DNA of 64,000 nucleotides from a virus. The position numbers and the translations under genes are program-made. Of this stretch, positions 63,800 through 64,000 are shown piece by piece (the stretch's first letter is position 1; the number at the start of each line of letters is the position of its first letter). The DNA lies in the IMG/VR virus record IMGVR_UViG_3300032805_000003, positions 24,939 through 88,938 of that record; one strand, 5' to 3'. The notes beneath the pieces were generated by a model. The model searched no databases. It was given only the letters and a program-made list of their open reading frames with translations, and had not been told where the DNA came from.

Positions 63800-64000
63800 A
63801 CCGGACCCGGATCCCGGTCCGGCCGGTGATCTTCGGTTTGTGCGACGGGGCCATGTCGATCCTGGGAGTCGTGTTCTATGCCGCCGGTCACGCCGGTGAG
63901 GTGTTCCCGGTCGCGTTGTCCGGCGGGCTGACGGCGGCGGTGTCGATGGCCGGCGGCCAGTGGCTGTCAGATTCAGACACCGGGCCGCTGGCAGCAGTCG
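63796..64000 (+). CDS. VIT1/CCC1-family membrane protein, truncated by window end
   Basis: Manual translation RPVIFGLCDGAMSILGVV...AAVSMAGGQWLS matches the VIT1 FG..DG and SMA.GE motifs. Confidence 0.6.
   Translation, partial: MNRTRIPVRPVIFGLCDGAMSILGVVFYAAGHAGEVFPVALSGGLTAAVSMAGGQWLSDSDTGPLAAV

Larger units (their letters stand above)
1..64000. mobile_element. Temperate actinobacteriophage/prophage (siphovirus-type), partial, with embedded TraB-type conjugation module
   Basis: Contiguous phage gene order (replication, cro/cI, terminase, portal, protease, capsid, tail tube, chaperone, tape measure, tail tip); WhiB genes and high GC indicate an actinobacterial host; no host housekeeping operon seen. 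Confidence 0.95.

Noticed and set aside
1-64000. Integrase, att sites, endolysin, tRNAs
   Set aside because: No recognisable motifs; probably outside the window, so integrated versus plasmid lifestyle cannot be decided

Overview
The whole window is part of a high-GC actinobacterial temperate siphovirus or prophage, cut off at both ends. No integrase, att site, endolysin, tRNA, rRNA or CRISPR array is visible. From 1 to 13.9 kb is a leftward early/replication arm: a DpdA/TGT-like transglycosylase next to a QueF-like gene, DUF1643, a phage-encoded beta-clamp, a replication initiator with palindromic iterons, HNH, a DnaQ-like exonuclease, a UvrD-like helicase and an ERF recombinase. A cro/repressor switch lies at 13.6-14.5 kb. 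From 14.8 to 22.8 kb is a Streptomyces-plasmid/AICE-type conjugation module: GNAT, KorSA-like GntR, WhiB, Spd-like membrane proteins, TraB-like FtsK ATPase, clt-like 8-bp repeats, a YdjM-like hydrolase and a DUF2637/SpdA-like gene. From 26 to 47 kb are packaging, head and tail genes with a -1 frameshifted tail chaperone. From 47 to 62 kb is an unusually large tail/fibre cassette with carbohydrate-binding and glycosidase-like proteins. Highlights: (1) a virion-producing phage that appears to carry its own TraB/clt conjugation system headed by a host-like WhiB; (2) a minimal 7-deazaguanine DNA-modification pair whose transglycosylase, like several neighbours, has a beta-clamp-binding motif; (3) a GTAG-N6-CTAC palindrome over four leftward promoters; (4) a possible scaffolded fibre with C-terminally tagged enzyme/lectin heads. 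All family assignments come from motif recognition by eye, not database searches.
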